The notes beneath the pieces are model-generated. The model ran no database searches, was not told the DNA's origin, and saw nothing but the letters and a program-made list of their open reading frames with translations. From positions 1,377-65,376 of the IMG/VR virus record IMGVR_UViG_3300030388_001525: a DNA stretch of 64,000 nucleotides; one strand, written 5' to 3'. Both the position numbers and the translations under genes were made by a program. Shown here in pieces: positions 17,600 through 27,089 of the stretch (position 1 is its first letter; each line of letters begins with the position of its first letter). Origin of the DNA: a virus. Taxonomy: Duplodnaviria; Caudoviricetes.

Positions 17600-17717
17600 T
17601 TATTAAGTTTTATGTGTAAAAGTATGGGGTAGATTGAGGGATATTCCCACTTAACTTTATGGGTGAATAAGATCATCCGTTAATTTTATTATTGTCTTTC
17701 TACCCCAACTTTTTTTT
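17600..17717 (+). ncRNA. Candidate small RNA or structured leader
   Basis: TATTTTTG at 17586-17593; TGGGGTAGA (17625-33) pairs with TCTACCCCA (17699-707); T run follows. Confidence 0.35.
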
Positions 17718-17728
17718 ATTAACTACCT

Positions 17729-17944
17729 ATGAATTTATCAGAATACCTTATCGAAGAAGTAAAAAGAGACAGAGAGTTTAAAGCAAACTCCAGTAAGAAT
17801 TTTATTAATCTCAATGACTACTTTAAAAATAGTGGAAAGACAGAAATAAACACTAATCTAAAGTACATAACTCCTAACTATAGAGCAAATAAAATTACCC
17901 ATATCAACAACGATATGTCTAAATATAAATTAAATAAACATTAA
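17729..17944 (+). CDS. Hypothetical protein
   Basis: 71-aa ORF. Confidence 0.7.
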   Translation: MNLSEYLIEEVKRDREFKANSSKNFINLNDYFKNSGKTEINTNLKYITPNYRANKITHINNDMSKYKLNKH

Positions 17945-17948
17945 TTAA

Positions 17949-18188
17949 ATGAAAAACAATGAAAAAGATGATGACAGAGTTCCTCATTATTATAAAGGAA
18001 TAAATAAAGAACGTAATTATCAAGCAAGGTATGTGGTAAGCGATTTTGATTGCACTTATAATATTGGGACTGCCGTAACTTATTGCTTACGAAGTTCACG
18101 AAAACACGTGACACCAATCGCTGATCTTGTCAAAGCAATTGCACATTTAGAATTTGAAATAGAAAGAATTAACGAAAAATATAATTAA
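17949..18188 (+). CDS. DUF3310-like protein
   Basis: P.HYY...YNIG.A..Y..R...K......DL.KA..HL pattern. Confidence 0.75.
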   Translation: MKNNEKDDDRVPHYYKGINKERNYQARYVVSDFDCTYNIGTAVTYCLRSSRKHVTPIADLVKAIAHLEFEIERINEKYN

Positions 18189-18485
18189 ATGAAAAAAGAA
18201 ATATTTGATAAATACGCTACTGCAATAGCAGAGCAATTTCACCTCAACTTAGATGAGATGTTTGATAAATCCAGGAGAAGAGATTTAGTAGATGCTCGAC
18301 AACTACTTTTTTACTTATGTCTTGAAAGACCAATTAGAGTCTCTTATGTACAGAAGTTTATGGAAGACAACGGATGCAAGATTGCACATTCCACAATTAT
18401 ACATGGATACAAACAAGCTAAAGCTTTAATAGACGCAGATAAAGATTACTTGCATATGATTGAAAAAATTAATAAAGAATTTTAA
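18189..18485 (+). CDS. DnaA domain IV-like HTH protein 1
   Basis: KSR.RDLVDARQ..FYL...HSTIIHG. Confidence 0.7.
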   Translation: MKKEIFDKYATAIAEQFHLNLDEMFDKSRRRDLVDARQLLFYLCLERPIRVSYVQKFMEDNGCKIAHSTIIHGYKQAKALIDADKDYLHMIEKINKEF

Positions 18486-18883
18486 TGAAGTACACCCTAA
18501 AAGATATAGTTAAACAAGCTTTAGAGGATAGGTCATCAGTGATGAGTACCCTTCCTCAAGGTTTTAGTGTTATTGGATTAGGGGTGAAGTTACAGTCATT
18601 TCCAAGCCAAACGGAAATTCTTAACTGTTCAAAAGGAGGGGATTACTTTAAAGAAATAGAAATATCAGAGTATAATTATTTTTTTAATAATGGATGGAAA
18701 AAAGGAAAACTTAAAGTGGCTATAAACAACTGCCTTTATAAGTTAGACTTGATAGAAGTTAGAATGAAGGAAGAAATGAACACAAGAAAGAATGATAAAC
18801 ACATTCAAAATTTAAAAACAAGAAGAGAGAATGTTCTTGTTAAATATGCTAAACACAATCAAAAATTAAATCAATTAAATTAA
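18485..18883 (+). CDS. Hypothetical protein
   Basis: 132-aa ORF, translationally coupled. Confidence 0.75.
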   Translation: MKYTLKDIVKQALEDRSSVMSTLPQGFSVIGLGVKLQSFPSQTEILNCSKGGDYFKEIEISEYNYFFNNGWKKGKLKVAINNCLYKLDLIEVRMKEEMNTRKNDKHIQNLKTRRENVLVKYAKHNQKLNQLN

Positions 18884-18888
18884 ATCAA

Positions 18889-19542
18889 ATGGAAAACAAA
18901 AAAAACATTTTCAAAGCCCTTGCTGACTTTCAGCAAGAATGTCCTGTTTTATTAAAAGAAACAGATGGTTATGGATACAAGTATATTAAACTTGATTACA
19001 TAATAGCACAGATTAACCCTCTTTTAAATAAACATAAATTAGGTTTTACTCAACTTATTGAAGATAATGGGATAACAACACTTTTGTTTCATCATCCAAG
19101 TGGTGAAAGTATTCAATCACACGCAGTGATTCCAGAATGCTCAATGAAAGGTATGAATGTATATCAATCAGTAGGAAGTGGAATTACTTATTACAGAAGA
19201 TATATGTTATCTTCAATGTTAGGAATTATTAGTGATGCTGATACAGATGCTAAAGTTTATACAGATACTCCTAAAAAAACTCCTAAACAACAAATTTTTG
19301 AAAACAAAAACGTACAACGATTAGTTAAAGATTTTGATTTGGATGTGGAAAATGCAGTAGTTACATCTGGATTAACCCCTTTGGAAGTAGGTGATGAGAA
19401 TTGGGAAGTAGTTATAAATTATATGAATACTCATCCCGATGCAGTTGGTAAGTCTTTGTCTTTGATTGTGAAAAATCTACAAAAGAAATACATTATATCT
19501 AAATCGGTTAAGAAAAGCTTGTCGCAAAATATCAAATCATAA
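18889..19542 (+). CDS. ERF-family ssDNA annealing protein
   Basis: YKY..LD.I and Q..GSGITY.RRY.L...LGI....D.D motifs. Confidence 0.9.
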   Translation: MENKKNIFKALADFQQECPVLLKETDGYGYKYIKLDYIIAQINPLLNKHKLGFTQLIEDNGITTLLFHHPSGESIQSHAVIPECSMKGMNVYQSVGSGITYYRRYMLSSMLGIISDADTDAKVYTDTPKKTPKQQIFENKNVQRLVKDFDLDVENAVVTSGLTPLEVGDENWEVVINYMNTHPDAVGKSLSLIVKNLQKKYIISKSVKKSLSQNIKS

Positions 19543-20279
19543 TGGATCTGCACAAAATCCTGGAAAAGTTAAATTGGGATAAATATTATTATGGTGAGTA
19601 TGGTCAGCAATGGTTATCTAATTCTGACATCTTTACATTATTAAACGATCCATTGTCTTTTAGAAAGCCAAAAGAACAAACTAAAGCTATGCTTGAAGGT
19701 AGATACTTTCATACTGCAATTTTAGAAAAACATAAGTTAAAAAACTTTAAAGTTGTTGATTTTACAAGCAGAAATACAAAAGCATATAAAGAATTGTTAG
19801 TGGAAAACAATAATGAAATGATGTTGTTGCAAAAAGAAAAAGAGAATCTTGATGTAATGGTTAAAGTTATTAAAGACAATAAAGAGATGGCTTCTGATAT
19901 ATTTCATTTTGACAATAAATTTGAAGTTCCAATGATAAACAATATAATGGGATATGCTTGGAAAGGGAAGGCAGACATTATAACTCCTGAAAAAATCATT
20001 GATATTAAAAGCAGTTCTGACATAAAAAAATTTAGATATTCAGCTTCTAAATATAATTATGATAGTCAAGCTTATATATATCAAGAGTTATTTCAAAAGC
20101 CTTTAGAGTTTTATGTTATAGACAAAACAACTCATCAATTAGGCATTTACAAGCCTTCTAATGACTTTTTAATACGTGGACAGCAAAAGGTAGAGAAAGC
20201 CTTAGAAATACACAGCAGATTCTTTAAAAACGATGCTGTGGAGGATATTAACCAATACATTCATTATGAAATACTTTAA
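19542..20279 (+). CDS. PD-(D/E)XK exonuclease (RecE/DUF3799-like)
   Basis: LSNS, G..FH..ILE, KGKAD, IIDIKS and Y..QAY.Y motifs. Confidence 0.85.
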   Translation: MDLHKILEKLNWDKYYYGEYGQQWLSNSDIFTLLNDPLSFRKPKEQTKAMLEGRYFHTAILEKHKLKNFKVVDFTSRNTKAYKELLVENNNEMMLLQKEKENLDVMVKVIKDNKEMASDIFHFDNKFEVPMINNIMGYAWKGKADIITPEKIIDIKSSSDIKKFRYSASKYNYDSQAYIYQELFQKPLEFYVIDKTTHQLGIYKPSNDFLIRGQQKVEKALEIHSRFFKNDAVEDINQYIHYEIL

Positions 20280-20430
20280 AAAGTTATGGGATTTAATTCC
20301 TAATAAAACAATAAATAATACTATTATGTGGATTCAAGTTCCAATGTCTGCTAATAGTGTCGATGAAAAGATAGATATAATCATCGCGACAATAAATCAA
20401 TTGGAGCAAAATATTAAATTAAATAAATAA
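20266..20430 (+). CDS. Hypothetical protein (likely start MKYFKK)
   Basis: ATG at 20266 overlaps the exonuclease 3' end. Confidence 0.6.
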   Translation: MKYFKKLWDLIPNKTINNTIMWIQVPMSANSVDEKIDIIIATINQLEQNIKLNK

Positions 20431-20432
20431 TT

Positions 20433-20696
20433 ATGAGTGAATCAAAGTATGAAATCAAAGTTGGTACATTTTCTCTATTCAAGAACGAGAAGAAAACTGC
20501 CGACAACAACCAACCACATTACAATGGTAATGGTAAAGATTTAAATGGAAACGATTTCCAAGTGTCTGCTTGGTTAACGACAAGTAAATCTGGAATTAAA
20601 TATTTCTCTTGCAAACTACAAGAGCCATATAATGCTAACAATTCTAATAACAATGAAGATAACGCAGCCTCTGTGGAAACAGATTTGCCCTTCTAA
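20433..20696 (+). CDS. ssDNA-binding protein (small OB-like)
   Basis: QP.Y.G and VSAW motifs with an acidic DLPF tail; in the recombination module. Confidence 0.7.
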   Translation: MSESKYEIKVGTFSLFKNEKKTADNNQPHYNGNGKDLNGNDFQVSAWLTTSKSGIKYFSCKLQEPYNANNSNNNEDNAASVETDLPF

Positions 20697-20713
20697 CCAT
20701 TAGATTTATTAAG

Positions 20714-20740
20714 AAAGGGGGCTTATGCCCTCTTTTTTTT
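20714..20740 (+). terminator. Intrinsic terminator
   Basis: AGGGGGC-TTAT-GCCCTCT followed by a T run. Confidence 0.8.
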
Positions 20741-20747
20741 GCTTTTA

Positions 20748-20925
20748 TAATGTTGATTTAGTCCTTCTATATTTAATTATATATAATTTATATACTCTTT
20801 TATTTTTATTTATTATTATTATTAACTAATTTTCAACATTAAAAGTAAAGAATATATATAAATAACTAATTATTAATTAGTTAGCTAAAATTAAATTAAC
20901 ATTAAATCAACATAAAACCAACATA
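20748..20925. repeat. AT-rich element with AACAT repeats, copy 2
   Basis: Identical 26-mer at 20887-20912; abuts the primase ATG. Confidence 0.6.
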
Positions 20926-23337
20926 ATGGAAATAACCATCTTTAAAGACATCAAAAATACCTCACAACCATTTTACCGAGAGGTCGAAGTAGTATTAACA
21001 AGAATACAACAAGGAGCAACAAAAGATTTAGTAAAAAGTATAAGAAAAGAAAAAGACAAGTCAAAAAGAAATATATTAAAGCAATCATTACCAGCTATAT
21101 GTTTTAGTGGACAATTTACAAAAAGAAATGATGCATCATTAACTGAACATTCTGGACTTATATGTTTAGACTTTGATGGATACACGACAACAAAAGATTT
21201 ATTGCAAGAAAAAGAAAAGATATCCAAAGATGGTTATGTATATTCTGTTTTTATAAGTCCAAGTGGTAAAGGACTTAAAGTATTAATTAAAATACCAAAG
21301 GATAGTCTTAACCATAAAAATTATTTTTATTCTTTAGAAAAACATTTTAATTCAGATTACTTTGACAGAACATCTAAAAACATATCTCGAGTATGTTATG
21401 AATCTTACGATCCTTTAATATTTATAAATCCACAATCAAGCTTGTGGGATAAAATTATAGAGCAAGAATATACAGAAGTATCTAAAACACAAGGAGTTGT
21501 TACTATCCCAGTAAGTGATGAGAATAAAATTGTAGAGATTTTAGTTAAGTGGTGGGAGAAAAAATATGGAATGATAGATGGTGAAAGAAATAATAACGTA
21601 TACATTTTAGCTTCAGCTTTTAATGACTTTGGAGTTAATCTAAACCTGGCTAAATATGTAATGAGTTCTTTTTCCTCTAAAGACTTTCCTTCATCAGAAG
21701 TTGATAGAACTATAAAATCTGCATATGCTCAACAACAAAACTTTGGTACGAAGTTTTATGAAGACGAAGAAAAAGTAAATATGATTAAGCATAAGCTTTT
21801 AAGTGGTGTAACAAAAAAAGAAATTAGATCTCAGTTAGTTGATGACAATATTGAGGTCTCAGTAATAGAAAATGTCATTAATAAATTAGAAGAAGAACAT
21901 AGCAATAATATATTTTGGACTAAAAACGAAAAAGGCGTAATTAAAATAGTCCATATATTATTTAAAAATTTCTTGGAAGACAATGGATTTTATAAATTTA
22001 ATCCTGAAGGAAGTAAAAACTACGTATTTGTAAGGGTGACTAATAATTTAATAGACCACACCTCTGAAAAGGAAATTAAAGATTATATTTTAAATTATCT
22101 TTTAGAAATTGATGATTACACTATTTATAATTATTTTGCTGAACATACAAGATACTTTAGAGAAGAGTTTTTAACCTTACTATCTTCAATAAATGTTTTC
22201 TTTATAGAGGACACCAAAGAAACTGCATATTTATATTATAGAAATTGTGCAGTATCAATTAAATATAATCAAATAGAAACTATAGATTACATTGACTTAG
22301 GTGGTTATGTGTGGAAGGATCATGTAATAAACAGAGATTTTGATTTATGTGATGTAGGCACTTGTGATTACAAAACATTTATTTCCCATATATGTGGTTC
22401 TGATTCATCACGAATAAAGTCTATGGAAACAACGATAGGATATATGTTGCATGGATGGAAAAATTTAGCATATTGCCCAGCAGTGATTTTAAATGATGAG
22501 GTAATAACTGACAATCCAGAAGGAGGTACAGGTAAAGGTTTGTTTATGAATGCACTAAGTCATATGAAAAAGTTAGTATTTATTGATGGTAAGTCTTTTA
22601 ATTTTGAAAGATCATTTGCATATCAAACTGTAAGTGCCGATACTCAGATTTTATGTTTTGATGATGTGAAAAAATACTTTGACTTTGAAAGGTTGTTTTC
22701 TGTTATTACGGAAGGGCTAACCCTTGAGAAGAAAAATCGTGATGCGATCAAGATACCATTCAATAAATCTCCTAAAATAGCTATAACTACCAACTATGCT
22801 ATAAGTGGAGAAGGTACAAGTTTTGAGAGAAGAAAATGGGAGTTAGAGTTGGCTCAACATTACACAAAAGAATATACGCCTTTAGTTGAGTTTGGTAGAC
22901 TTATGTTTGGAGAATGGAACGATGAAGAGTGGTGTCAATTTGACAACTATATGATTAAGAATTTACAAAACTATCTTGAAGTAGGATTATTAAAAAGTGA
23001 ATTTGTTAATTTAAAAATTCGAAAACTATCTGCTAAAACTGGACATGATTTTATAGAGTGGTGTGGACTATTAGGCGAGACTGCATATCAAGATAAGCTT
23101 AAATTTAATGTAAAGGTTTATAAAAATGATTTATACAATGATTTTGTTGAAGAAAACCCAGACAGATCCTCACGAGGTAAAATGACAATTAGTAGAACAA
23201 GATTTTATAAATGGCTTACATCTTATTCAGTATACAAGTATAGTTGTGAACCACAAGAGGGCAGAGATTCAGTTGGTAAGTGGATTAAATTTGTTAATAT
23301 TCATAGCAAGGAGTCAAACGGAAAGTTAAAACTATGA
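20926..23337 (+). CDS. Primase-helicase (VirE-N/BT4734-like primase, PriCT-like region, P-loop helicase)
   Basis: SGLICLDFD, FISPSGKGLK, GERNN, Walker A GGTGKG and Walker B LCFDD. Confidence 0.85.
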   Translation: MEITIFKDIKNTSQPFYREVEVVLTRIQQGATKDLVKSIRKEKDKSKRNILKQSLPAICFSGQFTKRNDASLTEHSGLICLDFDGYTTTKDLLQEKEKISKDGYVYSVFISPSGKGLKVLIKIPKDSLNHKNYFYSLEKHFNSDYFDRTSKNISRVCYESYDPLIFINPQSSLWDKIIEQEYTEVSKTQGVVTIPVSDENKIVEILVKWWEKKYGMIDGERNNNVYILASAFNDFGVNLNLAKYVMSSFSSKDFPSSEVDRTIKSAYAQQQNFGTKFYEDEEKVNMIKHKLLSGVTKKEIRSQLVDDNIEVSVIENVINKLEEEHSNNIFWTKNEKGVIKIVHILFKNFLEDNGFYKFNPEGSKNYVFVRVTNNLIDHTSEKEIKDYILNYLLEIDDYTIYNYFAEHTRYFREEFLTLLSSINVFFIEDTKETAYLYYRNCAVSIKYNQIETIDYIDLGGYVWKDHVINRDFDLCDVGTCDYKTFISHICGSDSSRIKSMETTIGYMLHGWKNLAYCPAVILNDEVITDNPEGGTGKGLFMNALSHMKKLVFIDGKSFNFERSFAYQTVSADTQILCFDDVKKYFDFERLFSVITEGLTLEKKNRDAIKIPFNKSPKIAITTNYAISGEGTSFERRKWELELAQHYTKEYTPLVEFGRLMFGEWNDEEWCQFDNYMIKNLQNYLEVGLLKSEFVNLKIRKLSAKTGHDFIEWCGLLGETAYQDKLKFNVKVYKNDLYNDFVEENPDRSSRGKMTISRTRFYKWLTSYSVYKYSCEPQEGRDSVGKWIKFVNIHSKESNGKLKL

Positions 23338-24581
23338 AGTTAAGACCATATCAAAAGGAGTTAGTAAAAAAAGGACTGCAAGTTTTAAAAGACCATAGGT
23401 TTATATATTTAGCTATGGAAGTAAGAACTGGTAAAACTATAACCTCTTTAAAAATGTTTAGTCATTTATGGAACAGAGGGTATGAAAAGCCCAAGCGTTT
23501 ATTGTTTGTTACAAAAAAGAAAGCGATATCCAGTATTGAAAAAGATTACGATGCATCTGAATCAAACTATGATATAATGATAACTAATTATGAATCTTTA
23601 CATAAAGTTCCATTAAAAGGTTGGGATGGAGTAATTTTAGATGAAGCTCATTCTATGGGGGCATTTCCTAAACCAAGTAAAAGAGCAAAGCTGGTAAGAG
23701 ATATTTTATTTAAATCAAAACCATATGTTATTTTATTATCAGGAACTCCAACTCCAGAATCATATAGTCAGATGTATCATCAAGTGTATGGTATTATAAA
23801 TAATCCTTTTAAAAGTTTTAAAAACTTTTATGCTTTCAGTAAAAAATATATTAATGTTAAACAGAAAAAGTTAGGTGGGATGATTATTAACGATTATAGT
23901 CAAGGATCAGAACTTATTTTACACCACATGAAGCCTTTTGTTTTGTCTTTTACACAAAAGTTAGCTGGTTTTGAATCAACAATAGATGAAGAAATTTTAT
24001 ATGTGTCTTTACAATCTCAAACTACAAAACTCATTCAGAGATTAAAGAAGAATTTAGTAATTGAGGGCAAGGATGAGGTTATCTTGGCTGACACTGCCGT
24101 TAAGTTAATGATGAAAATTCATCAACTTTGTTCTGGAACTGTCAAGTTTGAAAGTGGAAATGGTATGGTTGTAGATTTTAACAAAGCTCATTTTATATTT
24201 AATAAATTTAAAGAACGTAAAATTGCTATTTTTTACAAATTTACCAATGAACTTAAAGCTTTAAAAGAGGTTTTTAAAGATAATTTGACTACAGATTTAG
24301 AAGAGTTTGATTCTACAGATAAAACAATTGCTTTACAAATTGTGAGTGGTCGTGAAGGAATAAGTTTAAAAAATGCAGAGTGTTTAGTCTATTATAATAT
24401 AGATTTTTCTGCTACATCTTACTGGCAATCAAGAGATAGAATGACAACTCAAACCCGAAAGTATAATAAAATTTATTGGATTTTTTCTTCTGGAGGTATT
24501 GAGGATAAAATATACAAAGCAGTAGTAAAGAAAAAAGATTATACATTGAATCATTTTAAAAGAGATTTATTAAGTTTGTAA
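23334..24581 (+). CDS. SF2 (SNF2-like) helicase
   Basis: LRPYQ, TGKT, DEAH, SGTP, EGISL and QSRDR motifs. Confidence 0.9.
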   Translation: MKLRPYQKELVKKGLQVLKDHRFIYLAMEVRTGKTITSLKMFSHLWNRGYEKPKRLLFVTKKKAISSIEKDYDASESNYDIMITNYESLHKVPLKGWDGVILDEAHSMGAFPKPSKRAKLVRDILFKSKPYVILLSGTPTPESYSQMYHQVYGIINNPFKSFKNFYAFSKKYINVKQKKLGGMIINDYSQGSELILHHMKPFVLSFTQKLAGFESTIDEEILYVSLQSQTTKLIQRLKKNLVIEGKDEVILADTAVKLMMKIHQLCSGTVKFESGNGMVVDFNKAHFIFNKFKERKIAIFYKFTNELKALKEVFKDNLTTDLEEFDSTDKTIALQIVSGREGISLKNAECLVYYNIDFSATSYWQSRDRMTTQTRKYNKIYWIFSSGGIEDKIYKAVVKKKDYTLNHFKRDLLSL

Positions 24582-24582
24582 A

Positions 24583-24822
24583 ATGACAGAGCAACAAATC
24601 CAATCTAAAAGAATAAAACAATTAGAGTCAGAAGGATATTATGTGCTTAAGTTAATTAAAACAAACAAGAATGGTATTCCTGATTTATTAGCGATACCAC
24701 CTAATTGTGAAGTTTTGTTTAGTGAAGTCAAAAGACCAAAGGGTAAGGTGTCAGCAATACAAGAGTATAGAATAAAAGAATTACAACAACATGGAGTCAA
24801 GACAGAGATATACAGAGGTTAA
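24583..24822 (+). CDS. VRR-NUC nuclease (Holliday-junction-resolvase-like)
   Basis: E..IQ, GIPDL, EVK and G.VS.IQ motifs. Confidence 0.9.
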   Translation: MTEQQIQSKRIKQLESEGYYVLKLIKTNKNGIPDLLAIPPNCEVLFSEVKRPKGKVSAIQEYRIKELQQHGVKTEIYRG

Positions 24823-25135
24823 AGATTATGATGTTGATGATTTTTTTTTAGAATCACTACAAGATTTTGAATTACCTATAGCAATTAAGATTGCAATGTT
24901 TCTTGAGGAAAACAAAATTGAAGTACAAACAAATAATTTAGTTTCTCACGTTTTAGGTGGTTTAATAATTTACAATGAAGAACCAATTACTTTTGCAATT
25001 GAAATAGTAAAATCAGGATCTGAATATATGGTGTTCACAGATATCAAAGAAATATCAATGGATGAATATTTAGATTTAATAAATTTAAATTTATATGTTA
25101 AATCAAATGAATTTTGTAAAGATAAACAGGCTTAA
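24791..25135 (+). CDS. Acidic hypothetical protein
   Basis: 114-aa ORF. Confidence 0.7.
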   Translation: MESRQRYTEVKDYDVDDFFLESLQDFELPIAIKIAMFLEENKIEVQTNNLVSHVLGGLIIYNEEPITFAIEIVKSGSEYMVFTDIKEISMDEYLDLINLNLYVKSNEFCKDKQA

Positions 25136-25535
25136 AGGAATTGTCAATAATGTATTTAAAACAAATGTTGACAAAAAAAGCAGAGAAAGTTTAATTATAG
25201 AAGCTCGTGCAACATGTTATAAAATAATGCGTGATGAAATGCGTATGAGTTTAGCAGAAATTGGTAGGTACTTTTTAAAAAGTCATGCAACTGTTTTACA
25301 TGGAGTAAAAGAATACCCGTACATGTTAAAGTTTAAGCCTGATCTTGTTTTAAAATACAAGGCTTGTATTAATTTGTGGAGAGAAAACGAAGCTTCGTTC
25401 AATATAGAGAAAGAAATCGTTGATATATTGTTAATAAAAAAATCAGTCACTGATTTGCAAAAGTCAAATTGTTTGTTATCTTTAGCTGTAACCCAACTTA
25501 AAGACGAAGTTATTAAATTAAAGAAGCTACAATAA
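25095..25535 (+). CDS. DnaA domain IV-like HTH protein 2
   Basis: KSR......AR....MSLAEIGRYF.K.HATVLHG with a coiled-coil tail. Confidence 0.75.
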   Translation: MLNQMNFVKINRLKGIVNNVFKTNVDKKSRESLIIEARATCYKIMRDEMRMSLAEIGRYFLKSHATVLHGVKEYPYMLKFKPDLVLKYKACINLWRENEASFNIEKEIVDILLIKKSVTDLQKSNCLLSLAVTQLKDEVIKLKKLQ

Positions 25536-25726
25536 TGCCCAAAATTGCTAAAGAAGATGTTAGTGCTATTAGTCACATAAATTATGTATCTAATAGTATT
25601 CACGACTTTGGAGATGAGCTATATGAGGATTTAATGGAAAGAGACCACGAGAAAGCAAAGAAGAAAGCTCAAAATTTAATAAAAATTCTTGCTGACTTAA
25701 TCCAATCCTTAACCGATGAAATATAA
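25535..25726 (+). CDS. Hypothetical protein
   Basis: 63 aa, translationally coupled. Confidence 0.7.
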   Translation: MPKIAKEDVSAISHINYVSNSIHDFGDELYEDLMERDHEKAKKKAQNLIKILADLIQSLTDEI

Positions 25727-26441
25727 CGAAGACGAAATCAGACCAAGATTGTCTGGCAACAAAAGAAAAGCATTTGAAAATTTAAATAAGAAAGAACGCA
25801 GAATTCTTGTGATTGGAGATTTACATGCTCCTTTCGTGTTACCAGGATATTTAAATCACTGTAAAGAAGTTTACTCCAATTTCAATTGTAATCAAGTAAT
25901 TTACATAGGAGACATTTTGGATAATCACGCTTTTTCTTATCATGAGCCAGATCCAAACGGACTTTCGGCAGGTAATGAATTGATTAAAGCAAAAAAGTAT
26001 ATAAAAGAATGGTATCAAGCTTTCCCAGAGGCTGATGTTTTAATAGGAAATCACGACAGGATGGCTTCCAGGAAGGCAATGACTGGAGGTGTGCCTTCGG
26101 CATGGATTAAGTCCTACAACGAGGTCTTAGGTACTCCTAAATGGAATTGGTGTGAAACTATAGTGTACGACAATGTACTTTTTGAGCATGGTGAGGGAGG
26201 TCAAGCAGCCAGAAAAGCACAAAACAATATGATGTCAAGCGTTTGCGGTCATACCCACACAAGTGCTTATGTTCAGTGGTTCGTTGGAAAAAAATTCAAA
26301 GTTTTTGGAATGCAAATTGGCTGTGGCGTGGACAGCTCCAGTTACGCCGCAGCATATGCTCGCAACTTCAAAAAACAAGCAATTGGATGTGGAGTAGTAA
26401 TTGGTGGGCATACCGCTATAAATTGTATGATGAGCTTATGA
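25716..26441 (+). CDS. Calcineurin-like metallophosphoesterase
   Basis: DLH, GD..D, GNHD, HG and GHTH motifs. Confidence 0.9.
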   Translation: MKYNEDEIRPRLSGNKRKAFENLNKKERRILVIGDLHAPFVLPGYLNHCKEVYSNFNCNQVIYIGDILDNHAFSYHEPDPNGLSAGNELIKAKKYIKEWYQAFPEADVLIGNHDRMASRKAMTGGVPSAWIKSYNEVLGTPKWNWCETIVYDNVLFEHGEGGQAARKAQNNMMSSVCGHTHTSAYVQWFVGKKFKVFGMQIGCGVDSSSYAAAYARNFKKQAIGCGVVIGGHTAINCMMSL

Positions 26442-26848
26442 ATAAACAATTAGCTAAAGAATTAAATGTATTTGCAATAGAAGTTGCTAAAAGATTTTCT
26501 TTTAAAAATAGAGAAGGAAACGTGTCTAATGAAAAGTTTGAGGTAAATGAAGTTATTCCTACTTCAGACCAAACAGCTGTTGTTTTTTTTAAAAAGAACA
26601 CAGCTAAATTAGGAATGGGTTTTTTTTATTATATAGGACGTGGATCATCCAAAGGATGGAAATATTTTTTTCCAACAGACTCACACATAGTAGGGATGAT
26701 GGCTTCTCAATATTATAAATTAGAAGTTGAAAGACATAATTTTGGTAAAAACTTTGAAAATATTCCTGAATCTACTCCATTAGTAGATCAATACAATCGT
26801 AACAGATCAGTAGATAACCATATATCACACAAATCTCAAATTAGTTAA
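26438..26848 (+). CDS. Hypothetical protein (likely start MNKQLAK at 26438)
   Basis: ATGA coupling with the phosphoesterase stop. Confidence 0.7.
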   Translation: MNKQLAKELNVFAIEVAKRFSFKNREGNVSNEKFEVNEVIPTSDQTAVVFFKKNTAKLGMGFFYYIGRGSSKGWKYFFPTDSHIVGMMASQYYKLEVERHNFGKNFENIPESTPLVDQYNRNRSVDNHISHKSQIS

Positions 26849-27089
26849 TTAACTTGTCTACTTCTTTTGCGTTAACTAATTCTTGACACTTTTCATATTC
26901 TTCAGTAGAAATAAAATAATCGATTAACACATCATATGCATCACCTTCCATTACTTTAATAGGTTTGTATGGATGAAATAAAACAGCTACATCATCTTTG
27001 ATTTCTAACAATTCCTCGAAAGATTTTTGACCTGTGATAATTTGATAGCTATCAATCATCATGTCTCTATCACTATTATGGTTGTCCAT
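26841..27089 (-). CDS. Hypothetical protein (EEYEKC tail)
   Basis: 82 aa; last gene of the late arm. Confidence 0.7.
   Translation of the reverse strand: MDNHNSDRDMMIDSYQIITGQKSFEELLEIKDDVAVLFHPYKPIKVMEGDAYDVLIDYFISTEEYEKCQELVNAKEVDKLIN

Noticed and set aside
26243-26437. N-terminal extension of the 201-aa ORF
   Set aside because: Overlaps the phosphoesterase out of frame; the coupled ATG at 26438 is more plausible. The extensions at 62422-62505, 40249-40266 and 20233-20265 are rejected for similar reasons.
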